From: Mobula birostris
Taxonomy: Eukaryota
NCBI RefSeq assembly: GCF_030028105.1
Contig: NC_092383.1
Coordinates: forward strand, 87,067,921 to 87,131,920
Direction of reading: 5' to 3'
DNA length: 64,000 nucleotides
Of the stretch, positions 37,401 to 48,619 are shown one piece after another. Made by a program: the position numbers and the translations under genes. The notes under the pieces were generated by a model that was not told the origin of the DNA, searched no databases, and was given only the letters and a program-made list of their open reading frames with translations. Every line of letters begins with the position of its first letter. Position 1 is the stretch's first letter.

Positions 37401-38479
37401 ATAGAGCTACTGTACATGGAGATTTGTGTGTGTATGTTTCTTGTGTTCCAGGGTTGAATCGGGGGTCAGTGGGATCATTTGAGATTATGTTTCAATTCTC
37501 TCCATAATGACAATGTCCTGACTTCCTCCGCACTTACAGACAAGTTTATAAACTGCAGTAAGAAACTCCTCATGATGTCTGAAACTGAGCCCTCTGGTTC
37601 TGATGGAAATTTTATATTCTGTACCTGTCAGGTATTTCTCTGTGTAGTTAGAAGGTGCTGCAACAGTGGTCATTACCACTTTGGTGTCCAGAAATCCAGG
37701 TGTGATTTCATTTCCTTTAGGGACTTATTTAGTGTTTATATCTAATTTCTGGAATTAAAAACCACATATCCATAATGATAATGATCAACTACCAGATTGT
37801 CAAAATCCCATCTGGATCAGAAAGGCCTTTAGGGACAGAAATCTCTCGTCCCTCCCCACCCAGGTTATCTTTGACTCCACATCTAGAAATGTTCTTTACT
37901 AAACGCCCCACTGAAATGGCCCAGGAAAGACACTGATAACAGGAGAATAACATCAATTTTCATAGTGATCCTAACAGAGTGAGATTAGATTCCAGTTGAC
38001 ATGATATTCCTGTTTAACAGCCTCTAGATTCCATCAGCTGGACATATTCTTCCCTCACCTGACTCCACACTATTCCCCTTTTCTTCTTGTCCGCTTCCAC
38101 CTCTCACCAATCTCCAAAGTCCACCCCTTTTCCTTCCCTTTCCACTTGCCTGTCGTGCTTCACCCCTCCTAAGTCCCCGACGACCTAGTAGACCCAGTCT
38201 TACACCTCCCCTCTCATATTTCGACCATCTCCCTCTCCACTCACACTTGAGTGTCACAGACCAAATTGTAGGCGATTCCCTTCCCGTAACAGAAGCTGCT
38301 GAGTTCCCCCAAGAGTGCACTCTGAACTCCAATTTCTGATATCTTTAGTGTCTACAGATATTCAAGTACTGTTCCGCGAATGGTGTATGACCCCCCAAAC
38401 CAACACTGCTTATGCAAACGTCCAGCACAATTTGTCACTTACCAGGTAGCGAAACAATCAGGAGAATTGAAGCCCACAT
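22220..38479 (-). CDS. Gene 2 (whole model): CD300/pIgR-like V + C2 Ig inhibitory-type receptor (MDIR-like), 7 coding exons, 376 aa
   Basis: Exons 38443-38479, 36777-37097, 32905-33219, 28022-28085, 27256-27347, 25024-25109 and 22220-22435. All have GT-AG boundaries; intron phases 1,1,1,2,1,0 are mutually consistent; total 1131 nt = 377 codons with no internal stop. Confidence 0.82.
25024..25109 (-). CDS. Gene 2 exon 6: cytoplasmic (V)CSFFLRDNLPQSPGEINETFMGQREYCQ
   Basis: Acceptor ttttattttgcgcag|, donor TCAG|GTAATC; 86 nt, phase 1->0. Same length, splice sites and open frame as the paralog at 1542-1627. Confidence 0.62.
25734..25808 (+). pseudogene. Degenerate inverted relic of the tyrosine-motif last exon
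   Basis: GKSRAVHSFTDEDNVTNKDIKFQS vs KSRAGHSVMDEDNTIYADIKFQS (4206-4280); the tyrosine is lost. Confidence 0.7.
27256..27347 (-). CDS. Gene 2 exon 5: uncharged transmembrane segment SIYTTVLSVVGILLILLVVCLLCYLKRKSR
   Basis: Acceptor tttttaccacag|, donor AGGG|GTAGGT; long hydrophobic run followed by a basic stop-transfer; phase 2->1. Confidence 0.9.
28022..28085 (-). CDS. Gene 2 exon 4: Cys/Thr-rich stalk (R)PIHFCENTVKETTTTDSTNK
   Basis: Acceptor tttctttcaacag|, donor AAAT|GTAAAG; 64 nt, phase 1->2, bridging C2 to TM exactly. Homologous exon at 61494-61571. Confidence 0.82.
31671..31696 (-). CDS. Candidate alternative terminal (secretory) exon of gene 2: (K)LTCNCNP*
   Basis: Acceptor gcttttctcag| in the C2-stalk intron, phase-1 compatible. 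The paralog at 46958-46983 keeps the acceptor, CxC, Pro and stop. Confidence 0.45.
31950..32510 (-). mobile_element. CR1 3' fragment (other CR1 pieces at about 1990-2250, 6085-7060, 11300-12730, 44700-45180 and 62170-62600)
   Basis: RGHSLRIEERPFKTEMWRNFFIQRVV, the CR1 ORF2 C-terminus. Confidence 0.8.
32905..33219 (-). CDS. Gene 2 exon 3: C2-type Ig domain (FcR-like/PECAM-like) with short extension
   Basis: EPVSAPVV...LSCESLQGSFPIQYKWYK...YYCSASNWHGARSSAMVNLTVYSKGETCSYTTEIDGN. Acceptor ttttccacag|; donor AACA|GTATGT; phase 1-1, 315 nt. Confidence 0.9.
33670..35685 (+). mobile_element. 5'-truncated Rex1/Babar LINE (RT domain) with (ATGACT)n tail
   Basis: DYRPVALTSHIM, DPLQFAFQ, FFDFSSAFNTI, GAPQGTVLSPFLF, KFSDDS; in-frame stops at about 34152 and 35073. 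Confidence 0.92.
35690..36201 (+). mobile_element. LTR-like fragment ending ...ccctgaCA, between the Rex1 and the resumed Tc1 element
   Basis: Pyrimidine-rich LTR-type sequence with a gtctgcgattggatcc...tgaca end; Tc1 halves at 33290-33625 and 36205-36410. Confidence 0.5.
36777..37097 (-). CDS. Gene 2 exon 2: V-type Ig domain, CD300/pIgR/TREM-like
   Basis: SGALWAEKPVRGVVGRAITIDCHY...KYWCHGWTRQC...RVSITDNPEQGIFTVTMENL...DTGWYSCG...LQVSD. Canonical C-W-C plus the extra KYWC-x6-C pair. Acceptor ccttcag| (alternative 6 nt downstream at 37091); donor GATG|GTAGGT. Confidence 0.93.
38443..38479 (-). CDS. Gene 2 exon 1: signal peptide MWASILLIVSLP
   Basis: ATG, hydrophobic leader and phase-1 donor CCTG|GTAAGT; joins the V exon to give ...LPVSGALWAE. 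Confidence 0.88.
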
Positions 38480-38545
38480 TGTTTTATTCACAGAGACGCA
38501 GCCAGGACCTGTTTCTCCTCAGAGAGAAGTAATTGTGAAATAAAA

Positions 38546-38570
38546 ATGAGGAAGAAGGCAGCAGGAAGTT
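38546..38570 (-). promoter_or_regulatory. ETS/PU.1-type motifs (GAGGAA, CAGGAAGT) about 70-90 nt upstream of the gene 2 ATG
   Basis: aaatgaggaagaaggcagcaggaagtt; the same block is conserved upstream of the second leader (about 43632-43656). No TATA box evident. Confidence 0.4.
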
Positions 38571-40142
38571 GGATCAAAAAACCAAGGGTGACACAGATGG
38601 TGTGTGGCACGTGACAATCTGGGAAGCATTTCGGTATATTTAGCAAGAGAGAAATACTTATATAATTCTGAAAGACTGAACGAAATGGTGACAAGAGTTG
38701 AAGTATTGGACACAAGCAACAGTAGAGGTTCTAATCTGAACGCACGGTAAATGGCTGGAGGTGTCCTGAAACAGGGGATTAATCTGAAATATTGACCACT
38801 CTGCCTTCTCAGACCTCACATGACTCCCAAAGCTCCCCCAGAAGTTTTATTTTTTGCTTGACTTAAAATACTCACTGGAGTTTAGAAGAAAGACGGAATC
38901 TCATAGAAACCTATTGAATATTGAAAGGCCTTGTGTGAGTGGACGTGGAGAGAATATTTCCTGCAGTAAGTGAGTCTACAAACAGATGGCACAGCCTCAG
39001 AGTACGTGAGGTTGATAGATTCTTGATTTGTAAAGGCGCTAAAGGTTACAGGGTAAGGCAGGAGAATGGGGTTGAGAAGGTCAAATTCTGCTCCAACGCC
39101 TTTGGGGCTTATGGGCTTCTAATACAGGCACCAATCTTGTGAATCTATTCTGCAGCATGAATTCTTGAATGCTCATTGCTCATTCAATGCCGGAAGCCTT
39201 CCTTAACAACTACTTTACCATCTCCCTCTGTTCCAAATCTCGGGGAGTTATGGACTTGCACTCCAAGATTTGTACATCTTTCTGGACCTGCCCTGATGGT
39301 AATTCAATCAAACACGACACATGAGGAAGACATGACATGAGTTCTGATGAAGCGCCTCAGCCTGAAAGGTTGATTGTTTACTCTTTTCTACAGACTCTGC
39401 CTGGTCGTCTGAGTTCCACCAGCTTTTTCCCTGTGTTGCCATAATTTTTGGGAACTTGCTACTGAGGAGGGAGCAAAGTGGGAAATAAGTGAGATGTAGA
39501 AGGGGCTTTTCCTGCAAACTCTGATTACATATTTGGCTTCATTCTTTCTTCTCTTTGAGCCTTGAAAGCTCATCTCCTCTGAATTCTATTCCATCTGTCA
39601 GTGCAATTTCAAGACCTCTGATGGGATTTCACTTTGCTTCAGTTAGATTTGAGGGGAAACCTTCAGAATGGATTTACACATTCACGATGGTGTGAAATCC
39701 ACATCAGATCCATTCTTAAAGCAAATCAACTCCATTTGACAGTAAATGATCTGTGTGAGTAGACAACCCCTGTAGTTTCTATTTCCCACAGAATAATAGA
39801 GCACTGTAAATGGCAGTTCACACTTGTCAAAGGAGAGAACATTTCTATCTTTCCTATCTCACTCCCATAGTCTCCCTGACACCTGAAACTGCACACCTTT
39901 GCTCACCTTCTCAGTAGCTAACTTCCCAGCATCTTTGTTCACCTTGTTAGTTCTCTCAATGTTACTCTATCCAGATTCATACTGTGCGATTCCCTGGGGC
40001 AGCTGAAGTCTGAGTAGTGCTTCAGTATCGGGGATAACGATTCTCACCAGTCACACGAATTGGAGAAGTAATACAGAATCAGGATCAAAATCAGGTTTCA
40101 TATCACTGGCATACTGTATGCTGCAAAATTAGCTGTAGATGT

Positions 40143-40460
40143 ATGGGCACGTGGCGAAGTGGTTAAGGCATTGGACTAGCAACCTGAAGGTCGTGAGTTC
40201 GAGCCCCAGCCGAGGGAACGTGCTGTGTCCTTGACCAAGGCACTTAATCACACATTGCTCTGTGACAACACTGGTGCCAAGCTGTATGGGTCCTAATGCC
40301 CTTCCCTTGGACAACATTGGTGTCGTGGAGAGGGGAGACTTGCAGCATGGGCAACTGCTGGTCTTCCATACAACCTTGCCGAGGCCTGCGCCCTGGAGAG
40401 TGAAGACTTTCCAGGCACAGATCCATGGTCTCGCAAGGCTAACGGATGCCTTTACTTTTA
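40143..40460 (+). mobile_element. tRNA-derived SINE
   Basis: A box tggcgaagtggttaagg and B box gagttcgagcccc, followed by a non-tRNA body. Confidence 0.75.
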
Positions 40461-41217
40461 GCTGCAGATGTATGAAACCCTGACTATCTATTCATTTCCA
40501 TTGATGCTGCTTGAGCTGCTGAGTTCCTCCAGCATTTTGTGTGTGTTGCTTTTGATTTCATTGTGGTGTGAGGGTCGTGGTGATGCAAGAATGTGGCTGA
40601 TTTATATTTTCCTGAATTTTACTTACTGACTTTGCAATTGTTTATAAACACTTAATTTCACATTGATAAGTAGATAAATGATAAAAGAATTCTGTATACA
40701 CGGAGAGCTTTTGTTACGTTGGGTTTGTTTGAGACGTAAACTGTACAGTATATTAGCCTGGAATGTGTATCTGCTTAAATTCTGTATATTGTTAGTATGA
40801 GTGCTGACTCTATTTCATCAGTCACTGCTGTCATTGCGTAATGTTCGCCCTTAGCAAAGGATGTGGTTAGAACTTCTGTCTTTACTTGTCTTACCAAACA
40901 GAATATAGAGAAGTACCAATAGATGCTACACACTGAGAGATCATTGCTGTCACCATGTTCAGATATGGCCCATGTGAGGAGTGAGAGAGACTGAAGTGGG
41001 TCGATAGTTCACAGACCTTTTTATGAGAACAGTGATAGAGGAATAAAACAATAAACGCTAAGCCAAACAGGGCTGTTAACTAAAACTCTCAAAAGGAAAT
41101 GAAGACAACACTATGCTGAAATGAATAACTATGTATAAAAATGAAAACAACAGGAATTCTGCAGATGCTGGAAATTCAAGCAACACACATCAAAGTTGCT
41201 GGTGAACGCAGCAGGCT

Positions 41218-41255
41218 CAGTCCTGATGAAGGGTCTCGGCCCGAAACGTCGACTG
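41218..41255 (+). ncRNA. Minimal type I hammerhead ribozyme motif in a Penelope-type terminal repeat
   Basis: CAGUC CUGAUGA AGGGUCUCGGCCC GAAAC GUC GACUG: stem I CAGUC/GACUG, conserved cores, GUC cleavage triplet, and no monomeric stem III. Confidence 0.65.
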
Positions 41256-42009
41256 CACCTCTTCCTAGAGATGCTGCCTGGCCTGCTGCATTCACCAGCA
41301 GCTTTGATGTGTGTTGCTTGTATAAAATGAATACCACTAGTCTTCAGAGTCAGTTGGCTCAACAGTCCAATCTCTCAGGCTATGCTGAATGCACGCAGGC
41401 AATAAAACACTGCTGTCTATAGAAGAGCATTCCACAAATTAACTGCTCTTTGGCGAAAAAAAAAATTTTCCTTACTTCTGTTCTAAAGGGTCACCCCTCA
41501 ATTTTGAGGCTGTGCCCTCTTGTTCTGGAACACAGAACATAGAAAAGCACAGCACATTTCAGGCCCTTTGGCCCACAATGTTGTGCCAATCTATACTCCA
41601 CGATGAATCTAATCCTTCCATCCTACAAAGCCTGTAAGAGTCTGTTTCCATACATAAATGTACGTGCCTATCTAAGAGCCTCTTAATATCCATATTGTAT
41701 CAGCCTCTACCTCCATGCCAACAGTGCGTCCCAGGAACTCAACAATCTATGTAAAAAAACTTACCTCTTACATCTCCCCTAAACTTTGCCCCAATATCCT
41801 TCTATACCTCCATATTGCTACGATTAACCAGCCTTCAAGTTCGATCCTCCAAGTTGTATCACTTCACATTTTTCTGAGCTAGACTCCATCAATCAGTTCT
41901 ACACCCAGCACGTCATCCTGTCTTTTCCCTGTTGTAACTTACAACAAGGCTCTGTACCATCCACAGCACCGATAATATTTGCGTCATATGCAAACTTATG
42001 TACATATGG

Positions 42010-42390
42010 AACTGCGCAAAAGTTGTAGGCGTATGTAAAAATATTCTGTAAAGCCAAGGTGCTTTCAAAGAAAATGAACTGTGAAGTTTTGAAATACCAA
42101 ATATTTACTATAAAGAGCAGTAAATAGTAAAAAAAATAAATCAAATCAATATTTGATGTGATGATCCTTTGTCTTTAAAACTGCATCAATTCTCTTAGAT
42201 ACACTGTTGTGCCGTTTTATAAGAAAATTGTCTGGTAGGTTGCCACAGTTCTTCTCCAGACTTTGGCTGCCACACTTGCTTCTGCTTCTCCAGGTAATCC
42301 CAGACAGCCTCAGTGATGTTGAGATCATGGATCTGTGGAGGCCATACCATCCGAAACCATATAAAAATTCTTGTGTGCCTAAATCTGTAC
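42010..42390 (-). mobile_element. Tc1 transposase C-terminal fragment
   Basis: WPPQIHDLNITEAVWDYL, a degenerate WPxQSPDLNPIE motif. Confidence 0.75.
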
Positions 42391-42599
42391 ACTAGAGTTT
42401 TTAAGAAACATTACAGAAGCTTGTTCATATGTAAAAGTGTCCGTCAGTCAGGAATTCATAACCCGGGAGTGAACTGCATGGTCTTTTATCCTGCACATCA
42501 CTCCTCCCACCAGATCTGCTTTGTAAACTGACACTCTTCCACTTTTAACCCAGATCTGAGCAGGGTTACTGACCTGAAACCTAATGAATTGGCCACTGA

Positions 42600-44420
42600 G
42601 TTTTTAAAGGCCGAAACCTGTGAGATATCCATCACCTGTTTGGTGGCTTTCAGGAGGAAATGGAATTGTGACTGGTTTCAGTGACTTGCCAACGCATTTG
42701 GCACTGAATTTCGAAAAAGTTCTGGTAATCCACGCTGAGGCTAAGTAAGAGGAGAAGGAGTTTGATGTTCTTCAGGCATATCAACGAGATGGGCATTCCT
42801 GCATTCAACAAACCGAACCCAGAGACAAGCATGTCATCACTCCCCGGGACATCTAATGCATGGACCCTTCTCAGAGGAAACATGGATGAGACAGAAATCT
42901 CTCATCCCTACCCACCAAGGTTTACCTTTGACTCCAGATCTCATAATATTCTTTCCTAATTGCCCACTGAAATAGCCCAGGAAAGACTCTGATTTCAAGA
43001 CAATAACATCGAATATCACAGAGATCCCTGCTGTGTGAGATCAGATTCCAGCAATGGGAGACCTGATGTTTCTGCTTAACAGCCTCCAGGAGATTTCTCC
43101 AGCTGGAAATATTCTCCGCACCCCCCCCCCCCAGCTGACTCCGGTCTATTACCCTTTTCGTGTTGTCTTCTTCCATCAGTCACCAAGCTCCAAACTCCAA
43201 CACTTTTCCTCCCCATTCCATCTGCTTGCCATGTTTCACCCATCCTCAGATTCCAACCACCAGGAGAATTCAGTCTCAGACCTCTCTTTCTCCTATTTAC
43301 ACTCTCTCATTCTCCACTCTGACTTCATGCAGATTCTTGACCCAAAGCTTGGTCTAGTCCCTCCCCACTGACAGACATTTCTTGGCACATTGACTTCCTC
43401 CAGAAGTTTGCTCTAAAATCCAGATTCCGACATCTTCACTGTCTACATTTACTCAAGCACTGCTCTGTAAACTATGCATGACCCCAAATCAACACTGCTT
43501 ATGCAGAAGTGCAGTGTTGTTTGTCACTCACAGGTCAGGAAACCAATCAGAACAATCAATGTCCATAACATTTTATTGACAGAGACACAGCCAGGGCCTG
43601 TCTGTCCTCAGAAATCAATGACTAAAATTAAAATGAGGAAGAAGGCAGCAGGATGTTTGATCAAAAAACAACACTGACCCAAGTGGTGTGTGGCACGTGA
43701 ATATCTGAAAGGCTTTTAGTTATATTTAGCAAGACAGGAACATTTAAACAATTCCCAAAGACTAAATGAAATGGTGAAAAGTGTTAAAATATTGGACACA
43801 AGCAGCAGTAAACGTGCAAATCTGAAGGAAAAATAAACAGCTGGAGGTGTTCTGATTAATCTGAAATGTTGACCACTCTGCCTCCGCAGATCCCGCCTGA
43901 CTCCTGAAGGCAGGAGAATGGGGTTGAGGGAGAACATAAATCAGCCAGGGGAGTGATGGACTTACACTCCAAGATTTGGACATCATTCTGGATTTGCCTT
44001 GGAGATAAATCAAGCAAACATGTTCTGGGGAACTTGCTGCTGAGAAAGGAGCAAAGTAGGAAATAGCTGTCATGCAGAAGTGCTTTTCATGCAAAGTAAC
44101 CATGCGGTACATCCATTCATTTCCCTAGATTCTGCCAGGCCTTCTGAATTCCTCCAACATTTTGTGTTGTTGCTTTTGGTTTTATTATAGTCGAGGGTTA
44201 AGGTGATCCAAGAATGTACATTGTACAGTATGAGTGCTGACAGTCTGTACGTTGTACAGTATACGTGCTGACTCCATTGCATCAGTCACTGTTGTCATCT
44301 GTGTAATATTCACCCTCAGTGAAGGATGTAGTCAGAACTTCGGTCTTCTTTACTTGTCTTACCAGAAAGAATATAGAGAAGTGTCAATGGTTGCTACACA
44401 CTGACAGCTTGTTCTGGTCT
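42600..44420 (-). pseudogene. Partial tandem duplicate of the gene 2 5' region (36340-40980) with the V exon deleted
   Basis: Collinear matches: 42600-42889 with 36340-36734, 42890-43800 with 37833-38720, and 44180-44420 with 40560-40960. The junction at 42889 skips the equivalent of 36735-37832. Confidence 0.8.
43532..43571 (-). CDS. Second (orphan) leader exon MLWTLIVLIGFLT
   Basis: Paralog of 38443-38479 with ATG, hydrophobic leader and phase-1 donor ACCT|GTGAGT. Confidence 0.7.
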
Positions 44421-45439
44421 CTTCTGATATTGCCCCATCACTTCTTGGAAAACGTCTCAACAGCCATGGTTCAATACGCTCATGAGAACAAAGCAGGGAT
44501 ACAAAACATCTTCAGCAAAGCATTTTGTTTGAGCTACTAGATCACTGAACAACAATAACAATTTGGCCATTTTACCATTGTGTTTAAATCTAATCACAGT
44601 CTTATGCACACTTTTAAATACAATGGTGGGATTGTAAAACATTTACAACTCTGATGTTGAAAAGTTATCCAAGAACTACAGCTTTATAAGTTATTGGTCC
44701 GACTGCACTTGAGAATATGGTGAACAGTACTGGGCCCATTATCTTCGAAAGGGTGTGCTGTAATTGGAAAGGTGTCCAGAGGAGGTTCCCCAGAATGATC
44801 CCAGCAGTGAAAGGGTTAATGTATGAGGAGTGTTTGATGGCTAAGGACCTGTACTCACTGGAGTTTAGAAGAATGGTGGGTGTGGTGGGGGGGGGGGCAG
44901 GGGGGTTCTCATTGAAATCTCTTGTATGGTGAAGGGCCAAGAAGCTAGATGGAGTGTGTGTGGAGAGGATGTTTCCTATGGTGGGTGAGTCCCAGATGAG
45001 AAGGTGCTGTTCCTTCAGAATTCATTGTCACAGACTGCAGTGGAGGACAAATCATTAGATATATTGAAAGTGGAGGTTGATATGTTTTTGATTTGTAAAG
45101 GTGTTAAAGGTTATGGGGAGAATAGGGTTGAGGGGGATAATAATTCAGCCATAATAGAATGAGGAACAGACTCAATGGGCTGAATGGACTCAGTTTTAAC
45201 AGGTCCAGATTCACAAGTGGGATCACTGCATCTGGAATTATCTCCGGCTCATCAACATCCATCAGATAACCCTGAGCTGAAGATGTAATGAGCTCCAAAC
45301 AGACTCTGGTGTTACTGCTTCACGTCCTCACAGAGTATGTAAACGATATTATGTGATATTCCTCAGTGTCAGTGAGGCGTTTCAAAGTTCAAAATTCAAA
45401 TTAAATTTATTACCAAATATGTGCTTGTCACCATTTATG

Positions 45440-46900
45440 ATCCTGATTAGAAAGGACATACAACAAACCAAAATTAATGGGAAGATAGAGGATTGGAAAG
45501 CTTTTAAAAACCTACAGAGAACAACTAAAAAATCATTAGAAGGGAAAAGATGAAATATGAGAGCAAGCTAGATATCGGACCGCTAGAAAATGAGGCAGGA
45601 GAAATAATAATGGGGGACAAAGAGATGGCTAATGAACTAAATAAGTATTTAGCATCAGTCTCCACTGTGGAAAACACTGGCAGAATGCCTGATTTTGTAG
45701 TGTGTGAAGGAAGAGAAGTTGGTGCAGTTACTATTACAAGAGAGAATGTGCTCAAAAAGCTGAAAGACCAAAAGGTACATAAGTCTCCTGGACCAGAGGA
45801 ACTGTACTCTAGGGTTCTGAAGGAGGTAGTGTTAGAGATTGTAGTGGCATTAGAAATGATCTTTCAAAAATCATTGGACCCTGGCATGGTGCCAGAGGAC
45901 TCGAAAATGACAAATGTCACTCCACACTTTAAGAAAGGAGAAAGTCAACAGAAAGGAAATTACAGACCAGTTAGCCTGACCTCAGTGTCTGGGAAGATGT
46001 TAGAGTCAATTGTTAAGGATGAGGTGATGGAGACTTGGTGACACATGACAAGATAGGACAAAGTCAGCATGGTTTCCTTCAGGGAAAATCTTGACTGGCG
46101 AACCTGTTGGAATTCTTTGAGGAGATTACATGTAGGATAGATAAAGGGGATGCAGCAGATTTTCAGAAGGCCTTTAACAAGGTGCCACACATGAGGCTGC
46201 TTACCAAGTTAAGAGCCCATGGTATTAGAGGAAAGTTACTGGAATGTTTAGAGCATTGGCAGATTGGAAGAGGGCAGCGAGTGGGAATAAAGGGATCCTT
46301 GTCTGGTTGGCTGCCAGTGACTAGTGGTGTTCCGCAGGGGTTGGTTTTGGGACCACTTCTTTTTAGGCTTTACATAAATGATTTAGATGATAGAATTATT
46401 TGTTGCCAAGTTTGCAGATGATACAAAGATTGGTGGAGGGGCAGGTAGTGTTGAGGAAACAGGTAGGATGCAGAAGGACTTAGACAGATTGGGAGAATGG
46501 GCAAGAAAGTGGCAATTGAAATACAATGTTGAAAAATGCATGGTCATGCACTTTGGTGGTACAGGTAAATGTGCGGTCTGACGATGTTTCCCATGGTGGT
46601 AGACTCTAGGACAAGTGGGCACAGCCTCTCGTTAGAGGGTCCCCTTTCAAAACAGGGATGCGGAGAAATTTCTTTAGCCGAAGGGTGGTGCATTTGTGGA
46701 ATCTGTTGCCACATGCAGCTGTGGAGGTCAGGTTGTTGGGTGTATTTAAGGAAGAGATTGATAGGTTCTTGATTGGACATGGCATCAAATGTTACAGGGA
46801 AAACTGTGTTGAGGAAGAGAAAAAATAAGGATCAGCTATGATTGAATGGTGGAGGAGACTCGATGGGCTAGATGGCCTAATTCTTTACCTATATTTTATG
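45440..46900 (+). mobile_element. CR1 LINE 3' fragment
   Basis: [39 protein letters not shown]; frameshifted. Confidence 0.88.
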
Positions 46901-46957
46901 CATTATAATGATAATACAGTTCACTTTCTCTCATTTTCAAGACCCTTTATTGTACAT

Positions 46958-46983
46958 TCATGGGTCACAGTCACAGATCAGTA
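46958..46983 (-). pseudogene. Orphan paralog of the candidate secretory exon: xLICDCDP*, with AATAAA just downstream
   Basis: aacttttctcag|TA CTG ATC TGT GAC TGT GAC CCA TGA atgtacAATAAA. Flanking 46960-47120 aligns with 31670-31840. Confidence 0.45.
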
Positions 46984-47739
46984 CTGAGAAAAGTTACACC
47001 TTCCATTTGCAGATTCACACCCTGATGAGCAATGCAAGCTGCAATATTTGCAGCTCACTCATTTTAATCAGCACCCAAGTTTACTCCCATTGTTTGTTCT
47101 CCTTTAAGATCTTTGTATAGTGACTGGAAATATTCATGATGTGTCTCTTTCTCCCTCCATTTCCACAAAATGTGTCATAAAAACTCAGCAATCATGCACC
47201 TTATCAAATTTGAAAGTACATTCACTAAATTTGTTATCAAAGTTTGTATATGTCACCATATCCTACCTTGAGATTCATTTTCTTGCAGTAGATCAAAGAA
47301 ATACAATAGATCAAATACAGATCAAGTAATGGAGACAAGGTTCATACCTGAGAGTGGTCCGAGAGTGAGAAACAACCCAAAGTTTGGACCATTTAAGGGC
47401 TGGGTCAGAAGAAGAGGTCAGAGTGTCGGGGCTGGAAGCGAGGCGAGGGCAAGTCTGCAGTGATGCTTGGCTTTGTGATTAGGGTCTTGCTCCATTTACT
47501 CGGCCTTGGGATGAACTGTGGCAGTTGCCTGCTCCGGCTGCATTGATGTCTGGCTGTGTGTCGTTCATAAGCCTCTGGTTCTGAATGCAATTTGCTTGCT
47601 TTCATTTTATTTGTGAGATATGTTCTGTGCATTGGGTGTTTGATGGTCTTGTTTTTGGTGGTTTCTTTGTTTTGTGGCTGCCGGTAAGGTGACGAATCTC
47701 AAAGTTATATAGCGTATACATGCCTCAATAATAAATGTA

Positions 47740-48560
47740 TTTATTTACATTGAATTTGCATATGGTTACTATTAGAATATCCCTGAGCTCTCGGGCATTT
47801 GTTCCTTTCGGCAGACCTTCAGAAGCAAGGCATGTAGTCCAGGAGTGCTGGTCCCCTTATTTGAAGATCTCGACTGGGATCCCATCAAGACAAATGGCTT
47901 CATTGCTTTTCAGGCTTCTGATGGCATCGTGCACCTCTTTCATACTGGAAGGTTCCCCCATGTCTGCTTTCACAGGTCTCTGGAGGATTTGCTTCGTAAT
48001 TTCTAGTTCAGCAGTACAGTCGAGGTTCAGAAGTTCTCTCTCCATTGGTCGTTGATATCCTTCCATTATTTTAGCAATTTCTATCCATCCTTCGAGCGCA
48101 GGGGTTTTAATCTGAAGTAACTTAGTCTATAGACTGCTTTGGTGGCAATGAAGACGCCTCTCGTGTCACTAGAATCTGACAGCCTCGGGATTTCCAGGGC
48201 TTTCTCAGTTCACCAAGAATTCTTTTGCTGCCTCACCTTCTGCTGGACATTTGCTTTGGAGTAAGCATCTCCTTTTGTCTTGCTGCCGATGTCATTCTGC
48301 TTGGCACAAAAGGCTTTCCTTTTCTTGGAGATAAGTTGCTCTATCTCCATGTTGTTATCAACAACCCAATCCCAATTTTTCTGGACTTTTCCCAAGGATA
48401 TTTTTGCAGGTATTGAGGATGCTGGATTTAGTCTTGGCCTGATCTACTTCTTATGAACCCTAGTCTTTTTCATGAGTCTGAAGGACATCAGAATTTTTCT
48501 TGAGTCTGATGATGACCACGGTAGGAAAAACAGTTGAGCTCAGAACATTGGTCAATACCT
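47740..48560 (-). mobile_element. RTE-clade LINE fragment
   Basis: KNWDWVVDNNMEIEQLISKKRKAF and LDGIPVEIFK. Confidence 0.65.
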
Positions 48561-48619
48561 GGAATAATGTTTTTGCAGCCATTATTGAGGCGGGGGTAGG
48601 ACTGTCAACTCAATATTCT

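Noticed and set aside
37485-37679. ORF with FN3-like snippet LTGTEYKISIRT
   Set aside because: Too short, lacks the other FN3 hallmarks and is intronic; probably chance.
40143-40215. Apparent tRNA gene
   Set aside because: No proper acceptor stem, and it continues into a SINE body; called as a SINE.
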